This document shows, piece by piece, positions 8,425-17,770 of a stretch of DNA of 64,000 nucleotides. Both the position numbers and the translations under genes were made by a program. The stretch's first letter is position 1. The number at the start of each line of letters is the position of its first letter. Source of the DNA: an uncultured Alistipes sp. (GTDB lineage Bacteria; Bacteroidota; Bacteroidia; Bacteroidales; Rikenellaceae); NCBI GenBank assembly GCA_947591475.1, contig CANQDE010000008.1, positions 8,635-72,634 of the forward strand, read 5' to 3'. The notes under the pieces are model-generated. The model did not search any database and was not told the DNA's origin. It worked only from the letters and a program-made list of their open reading frames with translations.

Positions 8425-9966
8425 TTAACGTCCCCACGTCCCACGGTCGAGCGAACGGTAGTTGATAGCTTCCGCCACGTCCGTACGCTCGATTCGGTCG
8501 CGGCCAGCCAAATCGGCAATCGTCCGCGCTACTTTCAGAATCCGGTCATAGGCCCGTGCCGAGAGCGACAGCCGCGTCATCGCCTGTTCCAGCATCGCAG
8601 CCGTCGACGCATCCATTCGGCAGTATTCGCGCAGCAGGGCCGCATTCATCATCGCGTTGGTGTGGACGCCTGCGGCTTCGCGAAAACGTGCTTCCTGAAT
8701 GGCCCGCGCACGCATGACCCGTTCGCGGACGGCGGCGCTCGATTCGCTCGGGGTCGCATCGGAGAGCGACGATGGCGGTACGGGCGTTACTTCGACATGC
8801 AGGTCGATGCGATCCATCAGCGGGCCCGAAATCCGGCTCATATAGCGGTGTACCGCTCCCGGGGCGCACGTGCATTCGTGCGTCGGGTGGTTGTAGTAGC
8901 CGCACGGACAGGGATTCATGGCCGCCACCAGCATGAAATTGGCCGGATATTCGACGCTGTATTTCGCGCGCGAGACGGTGATGCGTTTGTCTTCGAGCGG
9001 TTGGCGCAGCACTTCCAGCACGTTGCGGCCGAATTCGGGCAGTTCGTCGAGGAACAGCACGCCGTTGTGTGCCAGCGAAACCTCGCCCGGACGGGGCGAT
9101 TGCCCTCCGCCCACGAGGGCGGCCTGCGAGGTCAGATGGTGCGGCGTGCGGAACGGACGGCGGGTCATCAATCCGCCCGATACGCCCGTCTTGCCCGCCA
9201 CCGAGTGGATTTTGGTCGTTTCGAGCGCCTCCTCGTGGGTCAGCGGCGGCAGAATGGTCGGCAGCCGACGGGCCAGCATGGTCTTTCCCGACCCGGGCGA
9301 TCCGATGAGCAGGATGTTGTGGCCGCCCGCCGCTGCAATCTCCAAAGCCCGTTTCACTTGGCTTTGCCCCTTCACATCGGCGAAATCTTCGGCATAACGG
9401 CCGGCCGACCGTTCGAACGGTTCTTCGTCGGCCGGTTGGGCCGGTTCGATCGGTTCCGTGCCGTTGAGCCAGTCGAGCAGTTGTTTCAGGTTTGCCACCG
9501 GAATCACTTCGATCCCATCGACGATGGCCGCTTCCGCCGCATTCTGCGGCGACAGAACCAACCGTCGCAATCCCTTTTGCCGTGCAAGAATCGCCATCGG
9601 AAGCACGCCGGGCACGGGGCGCACCGACCCGTCGAGCGACAGTTCGCCGGTGAACATCGTCCCTTCGAGCGCATCCGGTTCCACGCGGCCCATGGCTGCG
9701 AGGATGCCGACGGCGATCGGCAGGTCGAAGGCGGCGCCCTCCTTGCGCAGAGCTGCTGGAGCGAGGTTGACGACCACGTTGCGCGAGGTCATCCGTTCGC
9801 CGGAGTTTTCGAAGGCGGCCCGAATGCGCTGTTCGCTCTCCTTGACGGCATTGTCGGGCAATCCGACCAGGTACAAGCCCAGACCGCCGCCCGTGATGTT
9901 GACCTCGACGGTTACCTCCACGGCGTCGATACCGACGATCGCCCCCGTATGTATCCCCACAAACAT
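8425..9966 (-). CDS. comM: YifB/ComM family Mg-chelatase-like AAA+ ATPase
   Basis: 513 aa. N-terminal Lon-protease-like block (GIDAVEVTVEVNITGGGLGLYLVGLPD). Walker A LLIGSPGSGKTMLA and VLFLDELPEF. Confidence 0.93.
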   Translation of the reverse strand: MFVGIHTGAIVGIDAVEVTVEVNITGGGLGLYLVGLPDNAVKESEQRIRAAFENSGERMTSRNVVVNLAPAALRKEGAAFDLPIAVGILAAMGRVEPDALEGTMFTGELSLDGSVRPVPGVLPMAILARQKGLRRLVLSPQNAAEAAIVDGIEVIPVANLKQLLDWLNGTEPIEPAQPADEEPFERSAGRYAEDFADVKGQSQVKRALEIAAAGGHNILLIGSPGSGKTMLARRLPTILPPLTHEEALETTKIHSVAGKTGVSGGLMTRRPFRTPHHLTSQAALVGGGQSPRPGEVSLAHNGVLFLDELPEFGRNVLEVLRQPLEDKRITVSRAKYSVEYPANFMLVAAMNPCPCGYYNHPTHECTCAPGAVHRYMSRISGPLMDRIDLHVEVTPVPPSSLSDATPSESSAAVRERVMRARAIQEARFREAAGVHTNAMMNAALLREYCRMDASTAAMLEQAMTRLSLSARAYDRILKVARTIADLAGRDRIERTDVAEAINYRSLDRGTWGR

Positions 9967-9968
9967 GC

Positions 9969-10092
9969 TTATTAACTGGTAATGCTAACCACGTATTCGG
10001 TTTTGTTTGTCCGTTGCTTTTCTACTCATCCATTTTACTGGTAATGCTAACCAAGCATTCTTTGTTATTGGCCCGTTGCTTTTCTACTTATT
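9969..10092. repeat. Tandem 2 x 62-bp intergenic repeat built from short modular blocks
   Basis: actggtaatgctaacc occurs at 9975 and 10037, and ccgttgcttttctact at 10011 and 10073 (period 62). The first unit starts with ttattaa, abutting the comM ATG. Confidence 0.85.
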
Positions 10093-10114
10093 CTTTTTTA
10101 TCTAACCAATTATT

Positions 10115-10196
10115 TGCGGACGCAGCCTGCGGAGGAGAGCCCTCGGACGAGCCTCCGCCGCCCGAGGCTGCGGCTCGCGCGGCTCGCAGAGCCGCC
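10115..10196. repeat. GC-rich REP-like intergenic repeat (family 2)
   Basis: Shares gcggacgcagcctgcgg with 8381..8397 and cgaggctgcggctcgcgcgg with 60653..60672. Confidence 0.7.
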
Positions 10197-10215
10197 TTTT
10201 GTCCTGCGCAAAAAA

Positions 10216-11787
10216 TCAAAATGGCGCCTCTTCGTTCAGATTGCGGGAGACGTTCGCATCGAATTCATTCCCCGTGGCGCTTCCGAGGGCGCCGTACGGC
10301 GCCGATGAATCGCTTGCATTCGAGCCGCTGGCATAGTCGTCGTAGGCTTGTTGACTGTCGAGCGCCTGCCCGGGCGGCAGCATCGTGTCGTCCATGTCGG
10401 TGAAACGCGCCTGCTCTTTGAGGAAACGCAGATTGACATCGCAAACCGCACCGTTACGGTGCTTGGCGATGATGATTTCGGCCAAGCCCGCCGTCGGCAT
10501 GCCGTTTTCGTCTTGGTTGATGCCGTAATACTCCGGCCGGTGGATGAAAGCCACGATGTCGGCATCCTGCTCGATGGCGCCCGATTCGCGCAGGTCGGAG
10601 AGTTGCGGACGTTTCGAGCCGCCTCGCATCTCGGTCGCACGGCTCAACTGCGACAGCGCGATGATCGGAACGTTCAGTTCTTTCGCAATGGCTTTCAGCG
10701 TACGCGAAATGAACGCCACCTCCTGTTCGCGGTTGCCGTTCTTCGTATCGGCATTGCCCGTCATCAGCTGGAGGTAGTCGATGATGATGATTTTGATGTC
10801 GTTGTGAATTTTCAGCCGGCGGGCTTTCGAACGGAATTCGAAGACCGACAGCGCCGGCGTGTCGTCGATATAGAGCGGGGCCGACGAAAGCGGTTTCGTG
10901 GCCGATTCCAAGTGGCGCCATTGTTCGGGCGAGAGGCGGCCCGACTTCACGTCGTTGCCCGGGAGGCCCGTTTCGGCGATAATCAATCGCATCATCAACT
11001 GCACGGCCGACATTTCGAGCGAGAAGAACGCTACGCCTTGTTCATGGTCGACCGCCATGTTGCGGGCCATCGAGAGGACGAAGGCCGTTTTACCCATCGA
11101 CGGACGGGCCGCGATGATGATAAGGTCCGAAAGCTGCCAGCCTAAGGTTACGCGGTCGATGGAGATGAACCCCGACGGTACGCCGTTGAATGCGCTGGCG
11201 TTTTTCGAGGCCTCCTCGATTTGCATCAGCGCGCGCGAAAGGATGTCCTTCGACGATTGCACGGAGCGTTTGACGTGGCCTTCGGAGACGCGGAAAATTT
11301 CGCCTTCGGCGAACCCGATCAAATCCGTTACATCGGTCGATTCGTCGTAGGAACGGCGTTGGATTTCGGTGGCCGAGCGAATCAGTTCGCGCTGGACGTA
11401 TTTCTGCGCGATGATTTTGGCGTGGAATTCGACATTGGCGGCCGAACCGACCTTTTGCGTCAGTTGGGCCAAATAGGAGGCGCCGCCGATTTTTTTAAGC
11501 TCCTTTTTGGCTTTGAGCCGCTCGGTTACGGTGAAGAGGTCGATGGGTTTCAGCTCCATCGACAGCTCTTCGATCGCCTTGTAAATCAGCCGGTGTTCTT
11601 CGGTGTAGAACGAGTCTGGGGTGATGAACTCCTGTACGGCGATGATGCTGTCTTTTTCGAGCATCAGGGCGCCTAATACGGCCTCTTCGAGTTCGACGGC
11701 CTGCGGCGGCACGTGGGCGGCGGCGTCGGTCAGCGCTTCGAAGGCTTCGCGGTTGCGATCCGAAGGGGTGGAATATTTTTTGGCCAT
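10216..11787 (-). CDS. dnaB: Replicative DNA helicase DnaB with an acidic ~60-aa C-terminal tail
   Basis: 523 aa. Motifs AVLGALMLEKD, Walker A ARPSMGKTAFVL and IIIDYLQLM. The tail ends ...NLNEEAPF. Confidence 0.96.
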   Translation of the reverse strand: MAKKYSTPSDRNREAFEALTDAAAHVPPQAVELEEAVLGALMLEKDSIIAVQEFITPDSFYTEEHRLIYKAIEELSMELKPIDLFTVTERLKAKKELKKIGGASYLAQLTQKVGSAANVEFHAKIIAQKYVQRELIRSATEIQRRSYDESTDVTDLIGFAEGEIFRVSEGHVKRSVQSSKDILSRALMQIEEASKNASAFNGVPSGFISIDRVTLGWQLSDLIIIAARPSMGKTAFVLSMARNMAVDHEQGVAFFSLEMSAVQLMMRLIIAETGLPGNDVKSGRLSPEQWRHLESATKPLSSAPLYIDDTPALSVFEFRSKARRLKIHNDIKIIIIDYLQLMTGNADTKNGNREQEVAFISRTLKAIAKELNVPIIALSQLSRATEMRGGSKRPQLSDLRESGAIEQDADIVAFIHRPEYYGINQDENGMPTAGLAEIIIAKHRNGAVCDVNLRFLKEQARFTDMDDTMLPPGQALDSQQAYDDYASGSNASDSSAPYGALGSATGNEFDANVSRNLNEEAPF

Positions 11788-11900
11788 CGTTGTTCGGGGA
11801 TGTTTTCAGCTTTCAAAAGTAGTGAAAAAATCGACAACTAAAAAGGACTATTAGCGATCTCCATGAATCGACGGCCAAAAACGATTCGTTTTGGCTCTGC

Positions 11901-11986
11901 GATCGAAGCCCCCGCCAAGGCGGGGGTTTGGGGGTGGGTCAAATCTGCATACGCCGCCGCAGGCGGCGAGCGATTAGGCTCGGATT
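11901..11986 (+). repeat. MITE-like element copy B (core only)
   Basis: gaagcccccgccaaggcgggggtttgggggtgggtcaaatctg, followed by a second hairpin of different sequence (cgccgccgcaggcggcg). Confidence 0.8.
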
Positions 11987-12032
11987 GAAAAAATAGCAGT
12001 AAAAATGTTCGATACGTGCAGCATCTTTCGTC

Positions 12033-12755
12033 TTACTCTTTCGCGCCCAGTTCATGGTGGACGACGGCCAGCGCGGCGATGCTGACCCGACAGCCCGGCG
12101 CCGCTTGCAGGATGGCTTCGGCGCACGACAGCAAGGTTGAACCGGTGGTCATCACGTCGTCCACCAGCAGAATGTGTCGGCCGGCAAGCCGTTCGGGACG
12201 ACGGACGGCGAAAGCTCCTTCGACGTTTCCGGCCCGTTCGCGGCGCGATTGCAGCGCCTGTTCCGCCGTGTTGCGACAGCGATAGACGCTCGCGCAATCG
12301 ACCGGAACGCCCAACTGCGAAGCGATCCCTTCGGCGATGTATTCCGATTGGTTGTAGCCGCGGCGCATGCGCTTGAACGGATGGAGCGGCAGCGGCACGA
12401 CCGCATCCACATCGTCGTAGAGCCCGCTCGTTCGGAGTTCGCGGCCGTACCATTCGCCCATCATGCGGGCCGTGCGCCAAGTTCCGCGATATTTGAATCC
12501 GTGAATCATCCGTTGCCAGCCGCTCCCTTGACGAAAAAAGAGAAAGCCCGAGGCCCGATGAATCGGCAGCAGATTGCGGCAGCGTTCCCATACGGGATTC
12601 GCCGCCTGCGTCCAGTAGCCCGTCAGCGGCGCCGTCGCACGACACAAGGTGCAGATCGTCCGTTCGCCGACCGACAGCTCGTGGCCGCATACGGCGCAGC
12701 GTTCGTGAAAGAGCAGCCTCGACAGGCTGTGCAGCCAGTCAAAGCGGGTCGACAT
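12033..12755 (-). CDS. comF: ComF-family phosphoribosyltransferase-like protein
   Basis: 240 aa. N-terminal Cys pairs (CAVCGHEL...CTLC) and the PRTase motif ILLVDDVMTTGSTL. Its start overlaps the priA stop by 17 nt. Confidence 0.85.
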   Translation of the reverse strand: MSTRFDWLHSLSRLLFHERCAVCGHELSVGERTICTLCRATAPLTGYWTQAANPVWERCRNLLPIHRASGFLFFRQGSGWQRMIHGFKYRGTWRTARMMGEWYGRELRTSGLYDDVDAVVPLPLHPFKRMRRGYNQSEYIAEGIASQLGVPVDCASVYRCRNTAEQALQSRRERAGNVEGAFAVRRPERLAGRHILLVDDVMTTGSTLLSCAEAILQAAPGCRVSIAALAVVHHELGAKE

Positions 12756-15000
12756 CGGTAAGCAGCGTAATGGTTTTGAAGGCGGGAATCGCCGCGAATC
12801 GTTCCAATTCGGCCGCGAGGATTCGACGGGCGCGTTGCGAGGAGGCGCCGTTTTCGACTTTGAGCAGCAGTTTCAGCAGGTATTCATCGCGGATGCGGTC
12901 GACCGGCGGGGCCGTCGGCCCCAGCAGGCGGCGTCCGAAACGGGCCCGCAGACGGGTCGCCAGTTCTTCGGCCGCCCGTCGCAGCAGCAGCGGGTCGCGG
13001 TGGCGCAGGGTGAGAGCGGTCAGTCGGGCGTAGGGCGGATAGAAAAAGGCTTCGCGGTCGGCCAGTTGCATGCGGACCATCCCTTCGTAATCGCCGGCTG
13101 CGACCTGACGGATTACGGGATGCCCGGGTTCGGCCGTCTGGATGACGACTTCGCCGCTGTCATCGCGCCGACCGGCCCGACCGGCCACCTGCGTCATCAA
13201 CTGGAAGGCCCGTTCCGCCGCTCGGAAATCGGGACTGTTCAGCAGGTTGTCGGCATTCAGAATGCCGACCAACGAAACGCCGTCGAAGTCGAATCCTTTG
13301 GTAATCATCTGCGTGCCGACTAAAATGTCGGTGCGATGGGCCTCGAAATCGGCGACGATGGCTTGATAAGCCCGTTCGGAGGTAACGTTGTCGCGATCCA
13401 GACGGGCGATCCGCGCTTCGGGAAAGAGTGCCGCGATATCCTGTTCGACCTGCTCCGTGCCGAATCCCATCGGTACGATCTCCGTAACCTTGCACGACGG
13501 GCATCGGGCCGGTACGCGATCGGTGTAGCCGCAATAGTGGCAGACCAGTTTGTCGCCGTTGCGGTGATAGGCGAGCGTTACGTTGCAGTGGGGGCATCGG
13601 GCCGTCCAGCCGCACTCCGTGCAGGTAACGTAGGGGGCGTATCCGCGGCGGTTCTGAAAGAGCATCGCCTGTTCTTTTCGGGCAAGAGTCGCTTCGAGTT
13701 TATCTAATAAAATTTTATTAAATCGGCCTTTCCGCTCGCCGCGACGGGCGGCCCGCAGCGTGTCGGAGAGCGTGATGCGCGGCGGGCGGGCCGCTCCGTA
13801 GCGTTCCGTCAGCACGGCTTTGCCGTATTTGCCGCTGCGGGCATTGAGCCATGTCTCCAACGACGGCGTTGCGCTGCCAAGAAGCGTGCGGCATCCGAAC
13901 AGCTTGGTCATCATCACGGCGCAGTCGCGGGCCTGATAGCGGGGGGCCGGTTCGGTCTGCTTGTAGCTGGCATCGTGCTCCTCGTCGACGATAATCAGCT
14001 GCAGCCGATGCAACGGCAGAAAGAGCGCCGAACGGGCTCCGATGACGAATTCGCCCCCTTCCGAACGGTTGAGTTGCAGGTAGGTTTCCGTGCGGCGGTG
14101 CGGGGTCAGCTTCGAGTGATAGGCCGTAACGCGGCTGCCGAAGATGCGCTCCATGCGGGCGATGAGTTGCGCCGTGAGTGCGATTTCGGGCACCAACAGC
14201 AGCACATCGCCCCCTCGGGCCAGCACCTCGGCGATCAAGTGGATATAAATTTCGGTCTTGCCCGAACCCGTAATGCCGTGCAGCAGGGCCGTACCCGAGC
14301 CCGCCGCATAGTGGGCCCGCAGCGTTTCGAGCGCTTCGGTCTGGTGGGGCGTCAGTTCCGGCAACCGGAAGCGGTTGTCGTTGCGCTCCGTCGTGCGGAG
14401 GTGCTCCGTTTCGCGGATGAACCCCTTGCGGGCCAGCGCATGGAGCACGGCATAATCGGCCCGCAACAATCGGCGGGCGATTTCGCCCGTCGCGATGCGG
14501 TCGCTCTCCTGCGCCGAGGCGATTTCCAACAGCGCTTCGTATTGTTTGGGGGCTCGCCGCGTCAGCTTTTCGAACACCTCGTTGAGGCGGGTCTCGTCGT
14601 GGAGTTCCGGTGCGAGCGAGACATATCCTTCCGTGCGGGGGCGGTATTCATCGTTTAATAGCTCTTCCTCCGTGTCGCCCGACGGCTTGATGAGCGAGGG
14701 GAGGGCGCAACGCATGACCTCGCCTATCGAACACAGATAGTAGGAGGCGATCCACTCCCATAGCGCCCGCTGCTTTTCCGATAGCAACGGGCTGTCGTAG
14801 AGCACTTTGTAAATCGACTTGATGCGTTTGAAGTCGGGCCGCCGGTCATGCAGCCGCCAGACGATGCCCGTGTAAAATTTGCGGGGCCCGAACTGTACGG
14901 CAACGGCCTGTCCTTCGGCGACCTCCATCCCGTCGGGTACGGCGAACGTGTAGGCGGGTTGCGCCAACGGCAGCACGATGTCGGCGTAGCGGGACGGCAT
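12739..15000 (-). CDS. priA: Primosomal protein N' (replication restart helicase PriA)
   Basis: 753 aa. Walker A GITGSGKTEIY and IIVDEEHDASYKQ. Cys-rich Zn insert CTECGWTARCPHCNVTLAYH...CHYCG...CPSC. Confidence 0.95.
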   Translation of the reverse strand: MPSRYADIVLPLAQPAYTFAVPDGMEVAEGQAVAVQFGPRKFYTGIVWRLHDRRPDFKRIKSIYKVLYDSPLLSEKQRALWEWIASYYLCSIGEVMRCALPSLIKPSGDTEEELLNDEYRPRTEGYVSLAPELHDETRLNEVFEKLTRRAPKQYEALLEIASAQESDRIATGEIARRLLRADYAVLHALARKGFIRETEHLRTTERNDNRFRLPELTPHQTEALETLRAHYAAGSGTALLHGITGSGKTEIYIHLIAEVLARGGDVLLLVPEIALTAQLIARMERIFGSRVTAYHSKLTPHRRTETYLQLNRSEGGEFVIGARSALFLPLHRLQLIIVDEEHDASYKQTEPAPRYQARDCAVMMTKLFGCRTLLGSATPSLETWLNARSGKYGKAVLTERYGAARPPRITLSDTLRAARRGERKGRFNKILLDKLEATLARKEQAMLFQNRRGYAPYVTCTECGWTARCPHCNVTLAYHRNGDKLVCHYCGYTDRVPARCPSCKVTEIVPMGFGTEQVEQDIAALFPEARIARLDRDNVTSERAYQAIVADFEAHRTDILVGTQMITKGFDFDGVSLVGILNADNLLNSPDFRAAERAFQLMTQVAGRAGRRDDSGEVVIQTAEPGHPVIRQVAAGDYEGMVRMQLADREAFFYPPYARLTALTLRHRDPLLLRRAAEELATRLRARFGRRLLGPTAPPVDRIRDEYLLKLLLKVENGASSQRARRILAAELERFAAIPAFKTITLLTDVDPL

Positions 15001-15006
15001 GGCGGG

Positions 15007-15903
15007 CTAATCTTTGGGGATGGTCTGGAAGCCCAATCCGTAGACGCCCATCACGGAACCGACGGTCATGAAGGCCTGCGGATCGACGGTTTTCACGAAT
15101 TTCAGCACCATCGACGTCTCCCGTTTGCGGCAGACGACCATGACGATTTTCGACGCCTGCTTCGAGTACCAGCCTTCGGAGTCGATGAGCGTTACGCCGC
15201 GGTGGACGTTGTTGGCGATGGCATCGGCCATCTTCTCGTAGTCGTGCGTAACGATGAACACTTGGCTCGATTGCTGGTTGCCGGCCATAATCATGTCGAC
15301 CGTGTAGCCCACGACGGCGGTCATCACATAACCGTAAATCACCGTGTCGATGTGGTAGCCCACGAGCAGCGACGAGGCGATGATGATGAAGTCGGAATAG
15401 ATGAGGATTTTGCCGTAGCTGATCGTGCGGTATTTGTTGATAATCATCGCCACGATGTCCGTTCCGCCGGTCGAGCCGCCCTGCGAGAAGCACATGGCGA
15501 TGCCCACGCCGGCCAAGATGCCGCCGAGGATGACGGCCAGAATGCGTTCCAAGTGGAGAAAGTCGCCGGCCGGAAGCACGTCGCTCCAGAAGTTCAGCCC
15601 GACGGAGATCATCGTTACGCAGAAGACGGTTTTGATGCCGAAATTCCACCCCACGATGAATCCGGCGAAGATCAGCAGGATGACATTGATGACGAAAGCG
15701 ATGGTACCGATTTGAATCGAGGTGCCGAGCCATTCGTTGAGGGCGGTCGAGATGACCAGCGACAGGCCCGTCGCGCCGCCGCCCGTGCCGTGGGCGGGCA
15801 TGACGCATCCGATCCATCCGAACGAGTAGAGGAACATGCCGAGTGCCATGATGAAGTACTCTTTCAGCCCCTTCAATACGATTTGCAATGTGCGATTTTT
15901 CAT
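15007..15903 (-). CDS. YitT-family integral membrane protein (DUF2179-type C-terminus)
   Basis: 298 aa, multi-TM. N-terminus KEYFIMALGMFLYSFGW...GGGATGLSLV with a soluble C-terminal ~80 aa, matching the YitT pattern. Confidence 0.82.
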   Translation of the reverse strand: MKNRTLQIVLKGLKEYFIMALGMFLYSFGWIGCVMPAHGTGGGATGLSLVISTALNEWLGTSIQIGTIAFVINVILLIFAGFIVGWNFGIKTVFCVTMISVGLNFWSDVLPAGDFLHLERILAVILGGILAGVGIAMCFSQGGSTGGTDIVAMIINKYRTISYGKILIYSDFIIIASSLLVGYHIDTVIYGYVMTAVVGYTVDMIMAGNQQSSQVFIVTHDYEKMADAIANNVHRGVTLIDSEGWYSKQASKIVMVVCRKRETSMVLKFVKTVDPQAFMTVGSVMGVYGLGFQTIPKD

Positions 15904-15966
15904 TTTTATTCAGGTATCGGTTTTCGGAAGTTTTTCGGTCCCTTCCGCGAACCGCTTTTTATTCAT

Positions 15967-16416
15967 TTAACAAGCATTCGAATCCATCCAAATGGTAACC
16001 GGCCCGTCATTGACCAATTCCACCTGCATATCGGCTCCGAATTGGCCCGTCGGCACCTCGCGGCCGAGCAGTTCGGCGACGCGGGCCGTAAACCGTTCGT
16101 AAAGCGGCCGCGACAAGTCTTCGGGTGCTGCCTGAATGTACGACGGCCGATTGCCTTTGCGGGTCGAGGCCATCAGCGTGAATTGGCTCACCACGAGCAC
16201 TTCGCCGCCGGTCTGCCGAACATCGAAGTTCATCACGCCCGCTTCGTCATCGAAGATGCGCAGCCGTACCAGCTTTCCGGCCAAATAGTCGGCATCGGCT
16301 TCCGTGTCGTCCGTTCCGACGCCGACCAGAACGAGCAGTCCCGCTCCGATTTGCGACCGCACCGTGCCGTCGATGGCGACCGATGCCCGTTCGACCCGTT
16401 GTATCAATATCCGCAT
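15967..16416 (-). CDS. dtd: D-aminoacyl-tRNA deacylase
   Basis: 149 aa. MRILIQRVERASV..., SQFTL and KGNRPSY motifs. Confidence 0.93.
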   Translation of the reverse strand: MRILIQRVERASVAIDGTVRSQIGAGLLVLVGVGTDDTEADADYLAGKLVRLRIFDDEAGVMNFDVRQTGGEVLVVSQFTLMASTRKGNRPSYIQAAPEDLSRPLYERFTARVAELLGREVPTGQFGADMQVELVNDGPVTIWMDSNAC

Positions 16417-16504
16417 AAGGCTGTGCTTCTCCCGATTTTATTAATGAGTTTCCGCTCCTTCCCACTCTGTCAATAAGTTTGTGCCCCTTCCGACCGATTA
16501 ATAA
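16417..16504 (+). repeat. Three tandem ~29-bp TTAATAA-type units
   Basis: cttctcccgattttattaa / ccgctccttcccactctgtcaataa / gtgccccttccgaccgattaataa. The third unit lies inside the rluA-family 3' end. Confidence 0.7.
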
Positions 16505-17177
16505 AAAAGTTCCACAGGTTGTCTTCGGACGGTACCGGTGCCGTTACTTCAACCGGTTCGTGCCGGACGGGATGGTCGAACGCAATCGTTCGGGAGTGGA
16601 GCGAGATGCCTCCTCCGGCGATCGAGCGCTTCGCACCGTATTTCAAATCACCGCGAATCGGACAGCCGATTTTCGAGAGTTGGACACGGATCTGGTGGTG
16701 GCGGCCCGTCAGGAGTTCGACTTCGACCAACGTGTAGTGCGTGGAGAGGCCGAGCGTACGATAGCACAATTTTCCTAATTTGGCTTCGGGACGCGGTGCA
16801 TCGAAGGCTCGCGAACGGTTCGTCCGGCCGTCGCGCAGCAGGTAGTGGGTCAGTTCGCCCGCTTCCGGTTCGGGCGTCTTTTCGATCAGCGCCCAGTAGA
16901 GTTTGCGGATGCGTCCTTCGCGAATCATTTCGTTCAGCCGGACGAGCGCTTTCGAGGTCTTGGCAAACAGCACGGCCCCGCTCACCGGTCGGTCGATGCG
17001 GTGCACGACGCCAAGAAAAACCTCGCCGGGCTTCTTATCGCGCGCTTTGATAAATGCCTTGATTTGGTCTTCGAGAGCGCTTTCGCCCGACGGATCGGGT
17101 TGCACCAAATCGCCGCAGTGTTTGTTGACGATCAACAGGTGGTTGTCTTCGTAAAGAATATCGTCGGGCCGAAACAT
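16470..17177 (-). CDS. RluA-family pseudouridine synthase
   Basis: 235 aa. Catalytic motif HRIDRPVSGAVLFAKT. The last ~12 codons are encoded by a TTAATAA-type repeat unit. Confidence 0.9.
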   Translation of the reverse strand: MFRPDDILYEDNHLLIVNKHCGDLVQPDPSGESALEDQIKAFIKARDKKPGEVFLGVVHRIDRPVSGAVLFAKTSKALVRLNEMIREGRIRKLYWALIEKTPEPEAGELTHYLLRDGRTNRSRAFDAPRPEAKLGKLCYRTLGLSTHYTLVEVELLTGRHHQIRVQLSKIGCPIRGDLKYGAKRSIAGGGISLHSRTIAFDHPVRHEPVEVTAPVPSEDNLWNFFINRSEGAQTY

Positions 17178-17271
17178 TTTTATTAAGGGGTGGGAAGTGC
17201 TATTGTCGCTTTTTAAGGGGTGGAGAGTGCTATTGTTGCTTTGGGTGGGTGGGGAATGCTGCTGTCGCTCT
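17178..17271 (-). repeat. Three tandem 30-bp units filling the cdd / rluA-family spacer
   Basis: aaggggtgggaagtgctattgtcgcttttt / aaggggtggagagtgctattgttgctttgg / gtgggtggggaatgctgctgtcgctcttta. The reverse complement ends ...cacttcccaccccttaataaaaATG (the rluA-family start). Confidence 0.85.
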
Positions 17272-17727
17272 TTATAAAATAAACGTAAACGGCAGGAGCA
17301 TCGTCGCTGTTGCGACGGCCGAAGCCGTGCCGTTACCGCTCATGATGACCCGCATGGGTGCGCCTTGCCGACGTTCGACATCGACCATCACTTGACGGCA
17401 TTGGCCGCAGGGATAGCACTCCCGCTCGGAGGGATCCGATGCGATGGCCAGCGTTTCGATAGGGTCATCGGCGTAGTTGGCCTGCGCATAGAAAAGCAGC
17501 GAGCGTTCGGCGCAGAGGCCGGCCGGATAGACTTCGCTTTCGAAGTTGCTGCCGTGCAGAATCCGGCCGCTCCGCAGACGGGCGGCCGCTCCGACCCGAA
17601 AATGCGAATAGGGTGCATGGGCGCGGGTCGTGGCCTCTTGGGCGGCTTCGACCAGCTGACGGTCGGCTTCGGAGAGTTCATCGAGCGACGCGTAGTGCTC
17701 GTAATCGAAACGGAACTGCTTTTCCAT
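17272..17727 (-). CDS. cdd: Cytidine deaminase
   Basis: 151 aa. Zinc motifs CAERSLLF and PCGQCRQVM. Confidence 0.9.
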   Translation of the reverse strand: MEKQFRFDYEHYASLDELSEADRQLVEAAQEATTRAHAPYSHFRVGAAARLRSGRILHGSNFESEVYPAGLCAERSLLFYAQANYADDPIETLAIASDPSERECYPCGQCRQVMVDVERRQGAPMRVIMSGNGTASAVATATMLLPFTFIL

Positions 17728-17770
17728 AGCGGATAGATGTTAATCAAGACAAAGGTACAAAAAAATTTTA

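Noticed and set aside
16417-17271. Tandem ~30-bp arrays (also at 51127..51228 and 60699..60754), considered as possible CRISPR arrays.
   Set aside because: The units are contiguous and degenerate with no unique spacers between them. There are only 2-3 copies per array and no cas genes in the window.
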